DNA of 64,000 bases from Rotaria socialis. Lineage: Eukaryota. This document shows positions 27,542 through 42,233 of this stretch, one piece after another (positions within the stretch are counted from its first letter, which is position 1; each line of letters begins with the position of its first letter). The stretch is taken from positions 1 to 64,000 of the forward strand of contig CAJNYD010000034.1 in NCBI GenBank assembly GCA_905331295.1. The letters run 5' to 3'. The notes under the pieces were generated by a model, which saw nothing but the letters and a program-made list of their open reading frames with translations, did no database searches and was not told where the DNA came from. Position numbers and translations under genes: made by a program.

Positions 27542-28720
27542 AAAGAAATGTTTTTTTTTTGTTCTTTGCATTTATTTGAATTTCGATTCTTTTTCTCTCT
27601 TTCTATCTATGATCTGGATTGTTCATTAAATATGTACACGTTTTAAACATATGTAAACAACACGCACGCGTTACTTGTTCTGTTCCATCATTTGTCGTAT
27701 AAAAAAAAACAACGAAGCAGATATCATTGACACAGAAGCGGAAAGGGAGAGAGAGAGAGAAAGCGACGTGATCTCAGTTGATAAATCGATACACATCTGC
27801 TATGATCACAATTCAAATTGAGAGAAAAAGATCAGCGTTTTGATTAATGATTTTGATTCGACCTTTTCAGACTAAAACAAACGTGTGGCGATATTTTGTT
27901 TTTGATCAATAAAAACGATAGAATCATCATTAAATAACGTTTGAGATGTTTTGTTTTATTACGATTAAAACACGAATCAGATAGATTCACCGTTGGAAAA
28001 TTGATTTCCGTACTTCGAATATTTAGGCTGATGGGTACTACGTGACTTCATCATGTCAACTCTATGTTCAAGATAAACATTCAAGTATAGACTATTCTGA
28101 ACGATGATTACTGAGTTCAATAAACAATTAGCATGTTAGATGAGTTATTGATCGATTAAATCATGATACATATGTGTTACTCCTTTTGTAAAACTAAAGT
28201 TCACTCTATTCTATAAACATTTGAATTTTTAAAAATAAAATTAGATATTTCTTTCTTATTGTAGAATTTACTTTCTGATATATTCAGTATTAGCAAAACT
28301 TTCCCAATCTAGCGATCCCTAGACGCACTCATATCTATTTACTATTAGTTATATCATTTGGAAGAACAATCTATAAAACAGTAGTTTTGATACATCACTT
28401 GATCCATTCTAGAAATCACTTACAGATGTTGCGTCTTTTTCTTGATTAAATCAAACGACAAATTCCACAATGATTTTCAATTGAAAGAATTTCCAGTCGG
28501 TGATTTTTTGTTAAAAATAATACAGTCATAAAATCGCTTGAGAATTTTTTATTTTTTTGAAAAATTTTATAACATTAAAAAAATAACAAAGAGTCAAAAT
28601 CAACAAATTTCTACTAAAGTTTTCGTCACCGAGTTTTTAACCAAAAAGAGACAAAAAAAATATGACAAGAATAAGAAAAAAACAAAGATCTGTAGCACAA
28701 ACAATTATCTAAATGATTGA

Positions 28721-31700
28721 TTACGAATAATTAGAAAAGGCTATATTTTCTTCAATCGCAGAACAAAGAAAATCTTTAGTTATCGGACTTCGTATTGTTT
28801 CAATTACTCCTAAAGAAATAAAGAATATAAATGCAATCAATAAAAGAATCAATCCATTTACCATCGGCTGTTGCTAAACAAATAGAAACAAAAACGAAAT
28901 CGGTACAATAGTTATAATAAAAAATAAAACATATACCTCGAGCGTTCGGATATGTCTTATCGGCACGATGTCGATAAAAATACCATTCATTATCACGAAA
29001 TGAACATTCAATAATTTGATTTTTATATTGATCTAGTTCTGATGAATAACGAATGGATGCAAATGGATCCGACATGCCAGTTACAAAGAGAAGAGCACTT
29101 TTCTCCGATGATTCTCTAAAAATTCGAACATCTGTTTCGCAGGTTCTAGTAAATTTTAAAATTATTTTAAAAATTTTGCTAGAAAATAATTAGTTTCTTT
29201 GTTCTACTTTTTTTTAAAAATCATAACCAAAGATTCACAACATACCCTATACTCTCAATTTTCAATAGAAAATCCATTGTATTATCTTCTTTCCATTTTA
29301 AGATATTTGCCGATCTTCCAGGTTGGTAAGGCTAGAAAATGTTGATTAATTTAGAAAAGATTTAGCCGAAAAACTATCCCAGTTTAACTTACTCTCAACA
29401 CTGGTTGAAATACAAGTCCATCACATCCATGAGTGATTTGCGATTGAAACTTTGGACTGAGTATCTAAAATGCAAATATGGTAATTAAAGACATGTTTTC
29501 TTTATATTGATCGGTTAAGTCTGTTTTAATTGCAATAAATCTATTTGTATATTCTTACTTTGCTCACTGCTGATAATTCCCAAAATTCTTTAAGTCGTAT
29601 TGAAAATGGTTCTAAACTTTTGTTAATTTGACCTTTTACTGTAGCATGATTTCTAACATCAACAATATCATGACGTATTATATTAAGACGTTCTCTATAC
29701 GATTGTTGACCGACATCTTGATTCTAAATCGAAAGAATTTATACTTATCGAATTGAATTCATTTTTATTTAACATACATTATATATTACAATATCATAAA
29801 TTAGATATCGATATCGTTTAATACCATTATCATTATCAATAACAAATTCCTAATAGTAATTAAAAACACGATAAAATTATTAATTTATAAAATTAAGAAA
29901 ACTGACCCCATCAACGAGTGTATTTATTAGATGTGTTTTACAGTCGAAATCCTTTGGAAAGTATAGATTATTGACTTGAAATACACAATTATTACGATCT
30001 AACATGTAAACGCGATCTTGATTTTCAATCAACATCATATATCTTAAATTAAAAAAAATCATATTGTTAAATAAATCGATCCACAATTATGATATCGCTT
30101 GCAACTGATCCGTAATTAATTAAAATTTTTTTCGATAAAACTCATGGTGAAAAAGACAAATGTTTTTTTTTCGAACTCTTAAATTCTGATTCTGAAATAA
30201 TTAATTACGGATGCGTTGATTAATGATCAATATTATTTTTACCTGGTACCATCTGCTTTCCAACTGACCATATAAGGAGTTGAAAGTATGGTTTGATAAT
30301 TTATTGAATTCATCGATACTGGTTGTGAGCCGGGAAAGCTTTGTCTAAAAACAATAAGTGAAAAAATCAAATTATTTATTTTCCTAAAGTTACCGATTCC
30401 ATCCACACATTTGTTGATATTTCCATCGAATATTATTAAGCATAGGCTGTGTGCAAATAGGTTTTACATCATTTAGATCAACAACAAACATAGGATTAGA
30501 ATTCTATAAAAAGAAAACCTCATCAATTTCAAGTAGGCTTTTTTCTTTTAGAATGGATTCAACTTGTTTTATTTCATTTCGAAATTGTTTATTAGGCTGT
30601 TTCTCGTCTAATTCATTGCACTTTCGTTTACTATCTGAAAATATATAATAGCAATTAGTGATAATTTAATTGAAAAAATATTTCTAAAAGATAGATTGTT
30701 TATTTTACCTAGACACCATTCAGGTCGTGATGGTGCATGAATAGATGTTGCACCGTCGGTGGCAAATTTTTCAATAAGTTTATTTAAATAATCTTGTTTG
30801 TAGATTCCAGGTGATCGAGCTGCTGCAAACAGATCGATAGCAGTTTGAATACTTGAAAATGAAAATTTATTTCATCCTTTAGAACGTAAACTTATTCTTA
30901 ATATTCTCATGCCTATTATCAGATTGTCGACATAGATATGCGCAAATGAGAAAACCTGTTCGGTTAAAACCATGTGTACAATGAACACCTATAAGAGAAA
31001 ATTTATAGGAGTTCGAATAAATAAATAGATATATCGAAGTCATCATACCGATAAAATCATTTGGATTACTATTAATAAAATCAACACATGTTTGAATAAA
31101 TAAATTAATCTGTTCGTCATTTGGTGATTCATCGTGTCTATGCAAAAAGAAAAAACATCAAAATAGTGGATGTCCTTTTTCAGCATTCAGACCCTATAAA
31201 AATACTATCAACTGAAAAAAATTAAAAAATAGAACCATCGAAAATCTTTATATGCAGTTTTTCTTGTGGTTTCGAAAATATTGAAAATAACTTCTTTCGC
31301 TTTTTGATAAATAGACCAATTTATTCGAAACTATGTTTTTTTTTAAATTGATTTTCATCGTGTACTCGGGAGTCACTATACTCTATAGTTCGAACTTTTT
31401 CGAATTATTAAATCACATTATCTATGCAAATTATTTATGCCTATAGAATAATAAAACAATTTATTAATTAAATGTTCCAGAAGTTTCAAGCTAGAAAATA
31501 ATTGTCTTTCTGAATTAAGTGTCTCAGTGATACTGACAAACAAATATAGGTATCGAAACACATGAACATGCATATTTTCGAAATGATGAATTTTCCAACT
31601 GGAAAAACCCAGAAAACATTCAGCGTAAAAAATGAATTTTTGATCATGTAGTTCGATAGATTCATAGTTTCGTTCTTCTGTGTAACAATATGAGGCAGAA

Positions 31701-32380
31701 AATATTAATAGAATACCAGTAATTAGCATGCCTATATTGTGTATGCATTAGTAATTTCATCAGAATTCATAGGTATTGCGAAACATTTTCACCTACAAAG
31801 TCCCACTGACGTAATTACGAAGATTTCCCGATACAATTTCAGTATAGATCTACTAAAACTAAGTTCTATGAATTTCAGTACGATGTGTAAACGTATCTCA
31901 AAATTTCATGAGTCATATAAGAACTAATTTTCTATCGATTTGCATAATATATATATGTATATCTCAAAGATGATTTCTTACCCTTGACATGCAATTTTTT
32001 GATAGCGTATATTTTTCTTAATAAATTCTTCATCACTTCGATAATATCGTTCAGTATTCGTTAAATCAATGATAAGACCAAGATTTTTCTATATAAAAAT
32101 ATAAATTATAATTATTATGTTTACAGCAAACTTTTAAAATTATACATGATCATCTTTCATATGTTTAATTAACATATTACATGTCCACCGTTTTACAATG
32201 GGTATTTCAGTGTTATATCGATCGTCTAGTGTTGTTTTAAATGCAATAAATTTTCCTATTTAAATAAATAAACATTATGATTAATAAATTGCGTAGACAA
32301 TGTTTACCAGCGATAATAGTTGATTTTCTTGGACAATCAAGCCACTTTGACGGTATTTCATTTGTTTTCGATCGTTGCAT
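28721..32380 (-). CDS. RNGTT: mRNA capping enzyme (RNA triphosphatase + guanylyltransferase)
   Basis: N-terminal [12 protein letters not shown]; Cys-phosphatase motif [19 protein letters not shown]; motif [17 protein letters not shown]...RADKTYPN. Multi-exon; stop at 28721-28723. Confidence 0.95.
30102..30218. repeat. Short inverted repeat in an RNGTT intron (possible MITE relic)
   Basis: CAACTGATCCGTAATTAATT (30102-30121) versus AATTAATTACGGATGCGTTG (30199-30218). Confidence 0.5.
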
Positions 32381-32992
32381 AATTAATGAATTAAAAAGTA
32401 TCAGTATAAAAAATCTGGAAAAGAAAAGAAAAACATTTAATAACGAATCAAGCAGATTTTCATGAAATCTAATGCAACATATACACACATGTGCGTATAT
32501 ATATATATAGTATGATTCATTTGGGTTTTTTACTACCTTTATTGCGCAGCTTGCCGTCAGCGTCCAGTGAAGTAATTTTGCAATGTATTGGTTAATAGTT
32601 ATCATGACTGTCAAACGTTTGCCTCTAAATTGATCTGGAATGCGAAAGGCACGAATTTTCATGGTGAAAGGACATTTTATTTTCATTGAAATGTAATCAT
32701 TAGATTTTACTCAATGTTGTTCTTTTGAAATTGAGCTATGCAAAAAAATAGATATAATATCAATCCACAGTGTCTTGATTGTATTTTAACGTTTGACCTT
32801 TTTATTTTTATTTCTTTGCTTCGTCGATTGTCTTCTTTCTTTTCGTCGTTCTCCTTTCTAATATCTAAACACCGTGTTTGTTTGTTTCGTACAATAGTTG
32901 CACTCTTTCTTCAGCTTTTACTTTGCACTTTATTATAGCTATTCGTACGGCACATCTAATTATTTCAGTCTCAATCAGTCGAAACTGCAACA

Positions 32993-34780
<1,788 letters not shown>

Positions 34781-36305
34781 CAATAAAATGTCCAAGCTGT
34801 TTTTTCGAACAATGTCAACTTCAACTGACATTTTCTCAAATATTTCCAGAAAGTAGTTAAATTGACTAGGACATTTTCTTTTTCTCAAACTAATATTGTT
34901 AAGAGTGATAGGTCTAATGTATTTTTTTTATTGGTTGATGAAGTTCAGCTGAAGATGATCACCAGATAATATTTGATAACAATATTAAAATAATAGAATA
35001 TAAAAGAAGAAACTAACACGTAGGAATACATTGGAAATGGCGTTTAAATCTGACTTTATAGACAATATACAACGTGTTTCTTTCCACATGACAAAATTCG
35101 AGAAGAAATTAAACTTCTATAACGACAATCACTCAAAAGGTTATCGACAATGTTTTGCGTTTCTCTATTTTAAAACAAAAGAGCTTAAAGGGAGCCCTGT
35201 GTTTGTAAAAGTTCGTAGATCAAGGGAATAAAGCACTTTAGAGAAATAATTGCAAAGCCGGCGGCGAGCGTATCGTAAATAAGATCGCACGAGCGAACTT
35301 TTACTCTATGGCAAATTTTGCTTTATTCGGCAAGATCTATTAGCCCAGATAATGTCGTATGATTGGAGTGAGCGGTTTCCTAGCGTGAAAAAATAATGAT
35401 GTAGACAAATGAATATGTTCAATGTCTTGACTCATAAAGATCGATGCAAAAATATGACTTGTCATGTAACTGTTATTTGGATTTCGGTAGTTTGTCTTAT
35501 TTTCTAGATGAACAAACACGTATTGTTCTGAAGTCTATGCTTGAATTTGAATTGTTTAATCGTATGCTTATCATACTGCTGTTGATGATGGTCTGAGAAA
35601 AATTGCTTTTTCAATTATTGACAAGAAAAAACGATATTATTCGAAAATAATCGTAAGAAATCTTCAAGTTGATTCTGAGTTCATCAGCTAAGTTTTTTCA
35701 CATTTTATGTAACTTATTATGTTTTAGAAAGATTGTTATTGAAAGATGTAAAGATCCAAATGGTGAGTACAAATTATCATTCTTTAAAATAGAAGCAATT
35801 GTTAGCAGTCTCTTATAATCTTTAGAGACTAGATTTGCCTGAATTTAGAATAGGATTGTTTTATAGAAAATATGTTGTCATGACCAGGAAATGTGCTCAT
35901 ACCTTTTTGATGCTATTTTAATGTCAGCCTTCCTTTTTTTAATCTAAAGCAATTTCTTAACCTATTCATATTCTACTCAACTTTCTCTACGTTTATTTTC
36001 ATGATAGAGAGATTAAGATTATGAAATCTTTCTTTCAGCAAATTTAGGGTGAGAATATTGACTTAGTTTTTCTGTGAGAAACTGCTAGCACAATCCTGAG
36101 GGATCAAAATATAAGAAATATTGAAGCTACTGCCGCTAATAGTCATGCAATTACTTCATTATATCTATTTTGGGACCGATTTCTGCACAATGTTTTTAGC
36201 TAACCCTTCTAAAGTGCAATAAGCAAGTAATTCATAGCATCACCAGGCGTGATATCGATACATAGTCTATGAATGTACCCAGCAAAATCACATACAATGT
36301 TAGTA

Positions 36306-37147
36306 CAGTCGAGTCCGCTTATAAGAGCGCAGTCGGGGTTTCTAAAAGAGGCTCTTATATCCGGATCGCTCCTTTATCCGAACTATATGTAAAACAGTGC
36401 AAAAATTATTTCTTGTCAATAACTATTAAGTAGTACATAGACATACATAAATTTACTTAAAGAAATCCGTGATTTTACTTTGAGTACGATTAATTAAAGC
36501 GTTCTTTTCGATCATGTCTTCGATATCATAATATGAATTATACTCTGTAAAATTCTCTTTCAAATACTTGCGAACCGTCGATGTTGAAATCTTTAGCCCA
36601 TCGTCTGGCTTTTTCGATTTCAGTGTTTCCAAGATTTCTAATTTTTGCTCAATCGATAATGTGCAACGTTTACCGCTGGTAGATGCCATTTTTTGAAAAA
36701 TAAAGGTTCAACGAAAAATGAGGAACAATATATAGAACAAAGGACGAAGGAAAAATCTATAGAATGGAAACTCCAACATAGAACAACATGAAAGAAAGAA
36801 GAACTAAGGAAGGGAAAAGTCCATCACATATATATATATATATATATATATGACAGAGAAGGAAAAATCCTTGGCGGATAACTAATAAGAAAAGAAAAGA
36901 AAAGAAAAGAAGAAGAGCATAAGTGTATATTTATAATCATATAGATAAAAAGGCTCTTTTATACGGAGTAAAATCGCAAAAAAGCACCAAAGCACAGCTC
37001 TTATAAGCGAACTGCTCCTTTATCCGAAGCTCTCATAAGCGGACTTTGCCAGCACGTAAAACACAGGAGAAAAAGCGGAGAATTGGAAAACGACTCTTAA
37101 AAGCGGACCGCTCCTTTACCCAGAGCTCTAATACGCGGACTCGACTG
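36306..37147 (-). mobile_element. Internally deleted pogo/Tigger-type DNA transposon
   Basis: TA|CAGTCGAGTCCGCTTATAAGAGC ... GCTCTAATACGCGGACTCGACTG|TA, with subterminal repeats (GCTCCTTTATCCGAA etc.). ORF 36453-36689 has an N-terminal psq/CENP-B-like HTH (KRCTLSIEQKLEIL) joined to a C-terminal QSKITDFFK. Confidence 0.9.
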
Positions 37148-37279
37148 TAATGATATTCTCTTTCAAGAGAATAGTTCAACCTTGATTTTCTATTGACACT
37201 CATATTTACGTATATACCAATAATAAGTGCACTAATTTTATTATAGTTAATTCTTATTGGGATAAATATAAACTCATAC

Positions 37280-38269
37280 CTAAAAATATAGCAATCCATA
37301 TCTAATTTTAAAATAAATTTATATCTAATATAAGATGGATTTATATCTAATTTATTAACTAACACTATCTAACAACACAAAGTTATATCAAATTAATAAT
37401 TAATTTAATAGAAAAAAAATAAAGATACAATTATCAATTATAACAAAAAAGCACAGCAAAAAGAGAAAACTATTGCACAATTAATGCTTTTTTACCTTTA
37501 GCAACACGACCTCGTTTTCTTTTTTGTCCCAATGGAATATTTTTAGCTTCCAATGAGATGCTGCATAATTTGTATCGTGCTGCTAGCCCATGTAATAAAA
37601 ACCGCATGAAAATCGGCGGTTAACCGCGGTTTTACCGGTCCGGTTACCGGTTCTCATTACCGCAGAACGGATAAATACCGCGGTTTACCACAAAAAATGA
37701 ACTGGCATTTACCGCGGTAAACCGCCGGTTTTGATTAATACCGCGGTTACCGCTAAAAAAAGCGGTTAACCGGTTCATCTATAATTTTTGACAGAAAAAG
37801 TCTTCGAAATCATCAATGAAACTATTTTAAAGATCCTTTCTTTTTACTTTTACATGTGATAAACATGCGCAAAAAACCGCCGGTTTTACCGGCTCCCATT
37901 ACCGCAGAACGGATAAATACCGCGGTTTACCGCAAAAATCGATCCGGTATTCGCAACATGGGAAGCCTATAATGTGTTTACAAATATAATACTTTAAACA
38001 AGCTGCACAAGAACATGTACTTTTTGTCCAATTTTCACTTTCATTTAAAAATTCACATTCCCACAATGATAATTGTTCATTTTTCATAATATCAAAATCA
38101 CACCAATTAACGTTTTGTTAATTTCATATATTTAATTGATTTAAAAGATGTTGAATTACAAAATTAGATTAAACAATTTTTTTAAAGGTATCCTTTCACC
38201 AGAATAGATACTACTGTATTAAGTTAGGCAATATTGATATAATTTAGATATGGATTGCTATATTTTTAG
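37280..38269 (-). mobile_element. Mutator (MULE)-like relic with SWIM zinc-finger transposase fragment
   Basis: STCSCAACLKYYICKHIIG continues, across the insertion at 37587-37962, as LAARYKLCSISLEAKNIPLGQKRKRGRVAK. A perfect 26-nt inverted repeat lies at 37280-37305 / 38244-38269. Confidence 0.7.
37587..37962. mobile_element. GC-rich non-autonomous TIR element (CCCATGT termini) inserted in the MULE relic
   Basis: Termini CCCATGT...ACATGGG; many ACCGCGGT/ACCGG motifs; internal ~40-nt direct repeat (CATTACCGCAGAACGGATAAATACCGCGGTTTACC). Interrupts the SWIM reading frame. TSD imperfect. Confidence 0.75.
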
Positions 38270-39155
38270 ATATTACAGTAAATGGATGCCATTCCTATTT
38301 TCAGAAATCATGTTTTGTAGTATGAACAACAAAGAATATGGATTTTGTTGATTGTGGAAAGAGAAACGTTTGCTGTATACCTTCAGTTAAATCTCTGTTT
38401 CACTTACAAAAATTAATTGAAACTTTGTTTTTTTCATATTTAACATCAATAATTCAACTGTTTATTAAACTTAAAAACTTGAATACAATTGAAAATGCTA
38501 AATGCCGTTCAGTAACCAATATATATTTTAATTTTACGAATTCTAACTGTTCGGTCAATAAAGAAAACTAAAACGAGAACAGGAAAAGGTTGCTTGTATT
38601 CAAATATGTTGATATAAACTAGATAAAGTTTGATTTCATCAAGTAAAAATCATGGCCTAGTAAAATAGTTGAACTGACTCAGGGTTAGTTTTGAAAACAA
38701 ACAACTCTTCAAGAAAATTAATTTTCACTTCTTACAAAATGAATTATGACACTTAAAATATAATTTAGGAAAAATTTCATCAAGATTATCTACATGATAT
38801 CATGCAGAAGCGGAAATTGCCAATAGAATGACTTTTTGAGAAAAAAACAATTAATAAAATAGAGGCCTGAAGAAAAAAAACACAATTCCTATAAACATAA
38901 TTTGCCCTTTTAGTTTTTAGTATCAGTAATTCTAGTCTTCGATGTTTGTCAATAGAATTCATTATTGTCTTTATTTTTAAAGTAACGTTCACTTATATTT
39001 GTCATTTGAACTTCATCAACCATTTGTTTTTATTTCAGTAGATATTTTTATTTTCTTTTGTGCGGGGTATTAAATAAGCGAAATACGTAGAAAGCATTAG
39101 TGAGAAGATGCTTTTAGCTTTCCGAAGAGAAAAAAAAATACAATGCTAATCAATC

Positions 39156-39600
39156 TCAGTATTCATCAAAGGATAAGACATTTCGCCGTAATCTTTTGCC
39201 CATATAATTTGCCGGACGTAATGATGCACGTTTTCCAGCGTATGGTCGAAGTGATGCACGTTTTCCAGCGTATGGTCGAAGGGATGCACGTTTTCCAGCG
39301 TATGGTCGAAGTGATGCCCGTTGCTGTAGACCATAGGGACGTAAAGATGCACGTCGGTAAAATTCAGCAAAATCTTCCAATTCATCATCAACATTATTTT
39401 CTTCTGCAGTACTATCAACTACAGGGTGCTTTTCATCTTCACTTGTGTCAGCATATGATGGTTGAACTGTACACCAAAGAAGAACTAGAAAATTGAATAG
39501 ATTCGTTTTTTTTTCTAATTATAAATATTTTTAAAAAAGAAATCATACTTAGAGATATTGTAAGCCCGAGAAGCAAAAGTGAACTTCTATTAGTATACAT
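39156..39600 (-). CDS. Neuropeptide precursor (ASLRPYA-amide x3, ASLRPANYM-amide), 126 aa
   Basis: Exons 39549-39600 and 39156-39484 (64-nt phase-1 intron): MYTNRSSLLLLGLTISLILLWCTVQPSYA-DTSEDEKHPVVDSTAEENNVDDELEDFAEFY-RR-ASLRPYGLQQ-R-(ASLRPYA-GKR)x3-ASLRPANYM-GKR-LRRNVLSFDEY*. Confidence 0.92.
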
Positions 39601-40835
39601 TTTTGTAGTCGTGATTCTTTAGAAGAATTCTGAAATAGGATGTTCAATTCTTTATATTTATTTCAGATGTATATAATTATGCTTGTGTGAGGAACACAGA
39701 AAAAGATAATGTGTAGAGTTTGGTTTATGAGAATGAGATATATGCCAATAGAAACAATCCAAATCGCACTTAGTCTCAGTTTATGATACTTAGTTTGCAA
39801 AAAAAGAGAAAAGAAAGATGTCATTACACAAATTGAATGAATTCAAAGAAATATAATAATAAAAGAGGAAATAATAGAGCAGAAATATGAGATCTTTTTT
39901 TTGTCGCTCGGCTATATGTATATTGTCAAATTTATTAGTGCCGGAGAAGAAAAGAAAAAAGTTTAGATGTTCACTAAAACCTTCGAATAGTTTGTTTGAC
40001 AAATATTTTATTTTTTCTACATAATCAACGTTTCGATCTGATTCATTCATCGGCTATTGGTATGAATATACAATGTCATATATCAGGTTTGCTAATCAAT
40101 TTATACTCACGGACATAATAATATGAATATGAAATAGAAAATATGCTTTGATTATAGATCCAAGAAGGAATACTGAAAGAGTAAAGATTTAACAGAAGTA
40201 TGCTTTGCTTTTGTCTGCCAATAGTCCATGCTAATGAGATCTAGATGATTAAATTTCATGAACTATTTAACACTTTCATTGTCAAACGATTATGTTTTCT
40301 ATGTAGTATAACCGGTATCGTTAACATGTTTTACCAAATGAATGAGTACAAAACAATACAGCAATTTCAGAAGTAATAATATGTTCGTTTGATTATCTAT
40401 TCTTTTTTGACTCACTCGACCAATGTATGCATGAATAATGAACGAAATCGAGCTGCACATGATCATTTCCGAGCGATAGTCTCAAAGTATTATTATTGGG
40501 ATGATTAGTGCTTTTATTTGGCTCTAAATAACGAGAGAAGAGAAATAGAGCGAGAAAAGAATAGAATCTTACCATAGATAAAGATTACCAATAAAAACGA
40601 ACTATCAAATTAGGATCGAGGGTGTCTGAGATAGAAAGAAGTAATCATTTCCGCGTCATCTCACTAAATGTGTGCGAGCATATACTCGCAATTTTTTCTC
40701 TTTTAGCAGCAATAGGACAGATTGAGCATTATCACGAACTACTCAAACACGATTCAGAATGAGACCGAAACGCAGACGTAGAAGCAAACAGATGCACAGT
40801 TTAAACGATTAAAACTGATGTTCTTCTTTTCTTGT

Positions 40836-40880
40836 CTTTCTCTCTCTCTCTCTCTCTCCTTCTCTCTCCTTCTCTCTCTC
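40836..40880. repeat. (CT)n microsatellite
   Basis: Interrupted CT dinucleotide run about 180 nt upstream of the RING gene. Confidence 0.8.
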
Positions 40881-41060
40881 ACTTATTTTATCTTAATTCT
40901 ATAAGGGAACAAAGCAGAAATCTCATGTAATAATAATTGAATCTTTAAATATTTAGAAAATGCAACATAAAAGAGGAAAATAATTTCGCGCGCATTTGTT
41001 TGGCAACTTAATACAAAATAAATCAAAATAAATAAGTACATACTTAATATTATAACATGC

Positions 41061-41519
41061 ATGGGAAACAGATCATGCTGCTCAAATACCCATCAACGAA
41101 TGCAACCGTCTACATCTGGTCGTATCGCTTTAACAAATAGTCCACAGCATGCGTCTCGTATGTCTCAGTTTCATATTCTTCATGATAAGTTTCCTGTAGG
41201 ACAGGAACAAAAATATGAAATTTCACCAGTAGATATAAAACAAAAACATCTTGTTAATTTATTTCTCACACCTTATTACAATACAGAAATACTTTCATAT
41301 AATCTTCATAATGATCAAGAATGTGCCATATGTTTTGAACCGTTTTGTCGACAAGATACTGTAGCAAGACTTGAATGTTTATGTATTTATCATAAGAAAT
41401 GTTTAGATGAATGGGGCCAACGGAAACGATGCTGTCCTTTACATATGGATAAAATAGTGTTAACTAATCTAAATAAATTTAATTCGTCTAATCAATTCTT
41501 ACAAGAACAAAATAAATAA
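41061..41519 (+). CDS. ZNRF-like RING-H2 E3 ubiquitin ligase, single coding exon
   Basis: ECAICFEPFCRQDTVARLECLCIYHKKCLDEWGQRKRCCPLH matches the ZNRF1/2 RING pattern (ARLPCLCIYH). N-terminus MGNRSCC suggests myristoylation/palmitoylation. Confidence 0.8.
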   Translation: MGNRSCCSNTHQRMQPSTSGRIALTNSPQHASRMSQFHILHDKFPVGQEQKYEISPVDIKQKHLVNLFLTPYYNTEILSYNLHNDQECAICFEPFCRQDTVARLECLCIYHKKCLDEWGQRKRCCPLHMDKIVLTNLNKFNSSNQFLQEQNK

Positions 41520-41665
41520 TTGTATCTATCTGGAAATTTATTCTATGAAAAACGAAATGCAGACACTATGTTTGATTTCATAGTCTTCGGTGAAGTACAG
41601 CGAATTGAAAGACAAGCATAGAAAACAAAAACATGTATCATGCAGCCACTCTTTATTTAACCTTA

Positions 41666-42233
41666 CGAGGGACCTCTTCAAGTGATACTAACCATTCGGG
41701 TTCACATTATGCTCATAAGTAGGATCCAATGAGACTAGAAAAAGCCTAAAAGATTTCGTGTCATTAGGCCTTTCTTTCAAAGTTATGACCGTTTTACTAA
41801 ATTTTCGAGCTTGGACAACGGATTTATAGGAAAACTAAACAAAGGTGTTTCGAACTGAAATTTTTCCTAGCAATAGACCTCATCTATGTTAGAAGGTTCC
41901 AAAAGTTTCAATGAAAGCGGATGCATCCTTCTCGAGATATTGAATATTGAAGAGAAGTCAATTTTACGACATTTGCTTTGGAAAATGGCCGTTTTCATCA
42001 ATATGCAATATCTAAAGAATGATACATCCGTCTTCATTGAAACTTTTGGAACCTTCTAACATCGATGAGACCTATTGTTAGGAAAAATTTCAGTTCGAGA
42101 TAAAAACGGTCATAACTTTGAAAGAAAGGCCTAATGGCACGAAATCTTTTAGCCTTTTTCTAGTCTCACTGGGTTCTACTTATGAGTATAATATGAACTC
42201 GAATGGTTAGTATCATTTGGAGAGGTTCCCTCG
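41666..42233. mobile_element. Fold-back MITE (Tc1/mariner-like termini), almost wholly palindromic
   Basis: TA|CGAGGGACCTCTTCAAGTGATACTAACCATTCG ... CGAATGGTTAGTATCATTTGGAGAGGTTCCCTCG|TTA. The arms pair up to a central spacer at about 41955-41990; the right arm lacks about 50 nt present in the left. Confidence 0.88.

Noticed and set aside
39221..39352. 30-nt tandem repeats resembling a CRISPR array; plus-strand ORF with VMHVFQRMVE repeats
   Set aside because: No unique spacers and no cas genes. The repeats are the peptide units of the minus-strand neuropeptide gene, and the overlapping ORFs are shadows.
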